DNA of 18,979 nucleotides from Chthonomonadales bacterium (GTDB lineage Bacteria; Armatimonadota; Chthonomonadetes; Chthonomonadales; Chthonomonadaceae): NCBI GenBank assembly GCA_038217285.1, contig JBBQPO010000103.1, positions 1 to 18,979 of the forward strand, read 5' to 3'. Shown piece by piece: positions 15,728 to 18,979 of this stretch (position 1 is its first letter; each line of letters starts with the position of its first letter). The notes under the pieces were generated by a model. It saw only the letters and a program-made list of their open reading frames with translations, ran no database searches and was not told where the DNA came from. The position numbers and the translations under genes were made by a program.

Positions 15728-16816
15728 ATGCCCGTACAGACGATGAACAAAACGCTGGAGAGCCTGCGAGAACGGGGCCGGAAGCAGGGCTTCCTGACCG
15801 ACCGTGAACTCGCGGATGCCTTGAGTAACAACAATGAATCCCTCGATGTCGAGACGATTGAAGCCTTCATGGAAGAGATCGAAGAGAGCGGCGTCTCGGT
15901 GGTAGCCAGGGCTCCCAAACGGGATTCCGCCGATGAAAGGGAACCGACGCCCGACGAGTTGGAGCCTGCCAGCGAACTCGAAGAGAGTACGCAGGCCTGG
16001 CTGCGCCGGGCTGGTAAGGTTGCTTTGCTCTCGCACGATCAGGAGATCACCCTGGCCCGTCGGATGGAGACGCCGCGCAGCAAGTTCGAGGCGGAGGAGG
16101 CGAAGAACACGCTGATCCTCGCGAACCTGCGGCTCGTCGCCTCGGTGGCCCGCCGCTACCTGGGACACGGCATGCCTATCGAAGACCTGATGCAGGAGGG
16201 AACGATCGGACTGATCCGCGCCGTCGAGCGATTCAACTATCGCAAGGGCTACCGGTTCAGCACCTACGCCATCTGGTGGATTCGCCGTGCCATCAGCCGG
16301 GCAATCGCCGATCAGGCCCGCCTCATCCGCCTGCCGGTCCACGTCACGGACACGCTGGGCCGCATCAACAAGACCCGCGGCACCCTGCGCGAGAAGCTGG
16401 GCCGAATGCCGACGCGTTCGGAGCTGGCCAGCGAGTTGAGCATGACCGAGGAGAAGCTGACGGAGCTGCTGCGCGGCGCGATCGAGCCGCTGTCGCTGGA
16501 GACTCCTATCGGTGAAGAGGGCGAAAGCCGCCTTGCCGACCTGATCCCGGCGACCGACGCCCAGAACCCGGTCGTGGAAGCGACGCGCGGCGCCCTGCGC
16601 GACGAGATCATGCTGGCGCTGGAAGACCTGACGCCGCGTGAGCGAGACGTCATCCTCCTGCGCTACGGCCTCAACGGCGACGAGCCCAAGACGCTGGAAG
16701 AGGTCGGCCGCGAGCTGGAGGTGACGCGCGAGCGTGTCCGCCAGATCGAGTCCTCGGCGCTCACCAAGCTCCGCAAGCGCAGCCGCACCCGCCGTCTGCG
16801 CGAACTGATCAGCTAG
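15728..16816 (+). CDS. RpoD/SigA-family RNA polymerase sigma factor, probably a non-primary paralog (362 aa)
   Basis: Region 1.1-like ([10 protein letters not shown]), region 2 (NLRLV..VARRY..EDLMQEG.IGL.RAVE.F....[12 protein letters not shown]), region 3 ([11 protein letters not shown]), region 4.2 (TLEEVG...[10 protein letters not shown]). ATG 15728 follows GGGAGG. Confidence 0.93.
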   Translation: MPVQTMNKTLESLRERGRKQGFLTDRELADALSNNNESLDVETIEAFMEEIEESGVSVVARAPKRDSADEREPTPDELEPASELEESTQAWLRRAGKVALLSHDQEITLARRMETPRSKFEAEEAKNTLILANLRLVASVARRYLGHGMPIEDLMQEGTIGLIRAVERFNYRKGYRFSTYAIWWIRRAISRAIADQARLIRLPVHVTDTLGRINKTRGTLREKLGRMPTRSELASELSMTEEKLTELLRGAIEPLSLETPIGEEGESRLADLIPATDAQNPVVEATRGALRDEIMLALEDLTPRERDVILLRYGLNGDEPKTLEEVGRELEVTRERVRQIESSALTKLRKRSRTRRLRELIS

Positions 16817-16848
16817 TCCCCAACCGTGGAGACAGCAACATCACTGTC

Positions 16849-16881
16849 AACCGCCCCCAGGAGAATCTTCTGGAGGCGGTT
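16849..16881. terminator. Hairpin between convergent genes, probable bidirectional terminator
   Basis: AACCGCC-C-CCAG...CTGG-A-GGCGGTT imperfect long stem between the sigma and rhamnosidase stops. Confidence 0.6.
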
Positions 16882-16920
16882 TGCATTGTGCCCCCAGCGC
16901 CGGGGGAGAAGGAAGCATCT

Positions 16921-18979
16921 TTAAGGGATCAGGTCGAAGGTATGCGGGCCAGAGCCGATGGAATCGAAGACGATGCAGTCCGCTTCAAGCCGACCAGCGC
17001 GTTTTCTGCCGTCCACCAGGACGGACGTTGTAGGGATGCCCTGGCGCGGCACCCAGACCTGCGCCGAAGTGTTGGCTGGGAGATCGATCTGCAGGTGTAC
17101 GTGTTGTGGTACGACCTTAAATCTGACATCGACGGTGCCGCGAATGGTGGGGAGTTTGAGGGCGGCCTGTTTCAAGGTGCCGGGTTGCGGACGGATGCGC
17201 ATGCGGCGGAAGCCGGGTTCGAGCGGTTCGACGCCCATCAGGAGGCGTGGAATGATATTGGCAGGAGCGGCTCCCCAGGCGTGATTCCAGTCCTGATTAG
17301 GTTTGAAACGCGTGTCCCAGGCTTCCAGGGTGATCGTGCTGCCGATGTCGAGCATGTGGCTCCAACTGCGGTCGGTGTGCGCGGTCAACAGGCTCAACGC
17401 GTGGTCCGCCTGCCCGCTACGGTAGAGGGCTTCCATCAAGAACTGCGCTCCATAGACACTGCAGGCCATGCCCCGACTGCGCACAAACGCTGCGACCTTT
17501 GCCACTCGCCCGGCAGGAACCAGATCGAACGCCAGGGCGAACATGTTGGCATGCAAAGAGCTATGTTTGCTGCCTTCCCCATCGACATAGAGCCCTGTCT
17601 GAGGATCGAAGAGAGTCGTATTGAAAGCCTGCCGCACTTTCGCCGCCTGCTCTCGGTAGGAGACAGCGTCCTGCGGCTTCTCCAGGGCGCCTGCGATCTG
17701 ACTCATCAAGACCAACGCCCGATAGTGGAACGCATTGACGACGGTGTTGACCGGGCGCATCTCATAGCCGTCCCGCTCTCCTGCGGGCCAGTCCACGATG
17801 TCACGCAACGGTTCGCCGTGGATCGAGGCGATCACCTCTTTCGACACGGCAGGATTCGTGGTGGAGATCAGGCCGTCGGGCCGCGCCAGGGCGAGCAGGG
17901 TTTTGGCTTGCAGGTCGGGGTAGAAGGCGCGGACGCTACGGTCGTCGCCGGTGTAAAGATAGTCCGTCCAGGCCATGAGAACGGAGTGCAGGATCCATTC
18001 GGTGGGCCAGGTCGGATGCTGAATCAGAACCTCATGGCTGTAACGTGCCAGCGTAAACTCTCGGTCGAGGGAGTAGTGGCCGAGTTGATCGATATAGGCG
18101 TCCGCCTCGTAGGGTCTGCGCTCGCGGTCGCCATCCACATAGACGCCCGCGTAGGTCGTCGCCGCGATGCTGTAACGGCAGAGTTCCCAGACGGCATTGA
18201 GCGTCGGATCGGAAGAGGTGAACTGCGCCGCTTTCTCATCGAAGGGATAGCGCACCACAGTCTGTTGCACAGACTCTCGGTCCAGTGTGCTCGGACAGTT
18301 CTCTATCTCGACGTACCGAAACGGCATTACCGAACTGCCTTCCGGCATTCGCCGCGCATCGTTCGGCGTCAGTGGCACAGTGTAGCGTTGTTGTCCGGGC
18401 TGCAGCGCGATTTCTGCCCTCTGATACCGCACCGATCCGCCGGGCTTACGGTTGACAGTCGGACCGTCGCGCTGCGCCTCCCCGAGATGCACGACTACTT
18501 TCTTCCCCGTTTCTGATCCGATGAGATTCAGACGGAGACCCGCAAAAGCATCACGTCCGAAATCCAGGAAATAGTGACCTGGCCCTAACTCCTGGACTTT
18601 AACCGGAGCGATCTCAATTCGTTGCAGCGGATAACGCACCGTGGTAAACCGGTCTGGCTGTGGAGGTACTATCCGCAGCCTTCCTCCCGCTATAATCTCC
18701 TGCGTCTCCGACCAGTCGCTCACGCGCCCATGTCGGTCCCATATTTGCACTCTCCAGAAGTAGGGACGCCGGCTGTTGGGATCCAGGGTTGGCCCCGTCA
18801 AGGGAACCGACGTGCTGCGATCCGAATTCACCTTGCCGCTATCCCATGAGGGCCATGCCCCTCTGTTCGTCGGCCCCACTTTATCGGATAGTTGAATTCG
18901 ATACGCGCTCTGCCCCTCATTCCGTCTTATTGCATGGACGATCCATGAAAGGCGTGGTATCGTCGTGCCGGTATCGATG
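16921..18979 (-). CDS. Alpha-L-rhamnosidase, glycoside hydrolase family 78; 5' end lies beyond the window
   Basis: The frame stays open past the track's GTG 18879 to the window edge (IDTGTTIPRLSW...QSAYRIQ...WDSGKV). Also YFLDFG, FRYVE, DGDRERRPYEAD, TLEAWD, NHAWGAAP, PLEPGF...I.P, T.RG. Confidence 0.93.
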   Translation of the reverse strand, partial: IDTGTTIPRLSWIVHAIRRNEGQSAYRIQLSDKVGPTNRGAWPSWDSGKVNSDRSTSVPLTGPTLDPNSRRPYFWRVQIWDRHGRVSDWSETQEIIAGGRLRIVPPQPDRFTTVRYPLQRIEIAPVKVQELGPGHYFLDFGRDAFAGLRLNLIGSETGKKVVVHLGEAQRDGPTVNRKPGGSVRYQRAEIALQPGQQRYTVPLTPNDARRMPEGSSVMPFRYVEIENCPSTLDRESVQQTVVRYPFDEKAAQFTSSDPTLNAVWELCRYSIAATTYAGVYVDGDRERRPYEADAYIDQLGHYSLDREFTLARYSHEVLIQHPTWPTEWILHSVLMAWTDYLYTGDDRSVRAFYPDLQAKTLLALARPDGLISTTNPAVSKEVIASIHGEPLRDIVDWPAGERDGYEMRPVNTVVNAFHYRALVLMSQIAGALEKPQDAVSYREQAAKVRQAFNTTLFDPQTGLYVDGEGSKHSSLHANMFALAFDLVPAGRVAKVAAFVRSRGMACSVYGAQFLMEALYRSGQADHALSLLTAHTDRSWSHMLDIGSTITLEAWDTRFKPNQDWNHAWGAAPANIIPRLLMGVEPLEPGFRRMRIRPQPGTLKQAALKLPTIRGTVDVRFKVVPQHVHLQIDLPANTSAQVWVPRQGIPTTSVLVDGRKRAGRLEADCIVFDSIGSGPHTFDLIP

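Noticed and set aside
16888-18516. 542-aa plus-strand ORF, and similar long ORFs at 8224-9603, 10437-11354, 13275-14384 and 15455-16342
   Set aside because: Antisense shadows of well-supported genes, as expected in GC-rich DNA.

Overview
GC-rich bacterial chromosomal segment. The two pilin-like '[32 protein letters not shown]' (DUF1559-type) genes suggest Armatimonadota; this is inference only. No rRNA, tRNA, CRISPR array or transposase was seen. Gene order: two tandem J-domain (DnaJ-type) genes on the minus strand (a J-TPR-membrane protein that runs off the left edge and is missing from the ORF track, and a J-domain/barstar-like fusion); an SDR oxidoreductase; a Ni/Co ECF importer encoded as one NikM-N-Q fusion plus a His-tailed ATPase, behind a NikR-like operator; a short-chain chromate transporter pair; a DUF1559 gene; a secreted ankyrin/CxxCH/prenyltransferase-repeat protein; a TPR::CHAT chimera; a Helicase_C_3 protein with a WYL-like tail; a second DUF1559 gene; an RpoD-like sigma factor behind a structured leader with terminator and antiterminator potential; and a 5'-truncated GH78 alpha-L-rhamnosidase. 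Best leads: (1) the J-domain/barstar fusion next to its likely parent J protein, (2) a candidate attenuator or sRNA upstream of a sigma factor with substituted -10 contact residues, and (3) an AGGA-N18-GAA(C/T) SigH-like promoter shared by three minus-strand units. All family assignments come from reading motifs by eye; no database search was run.
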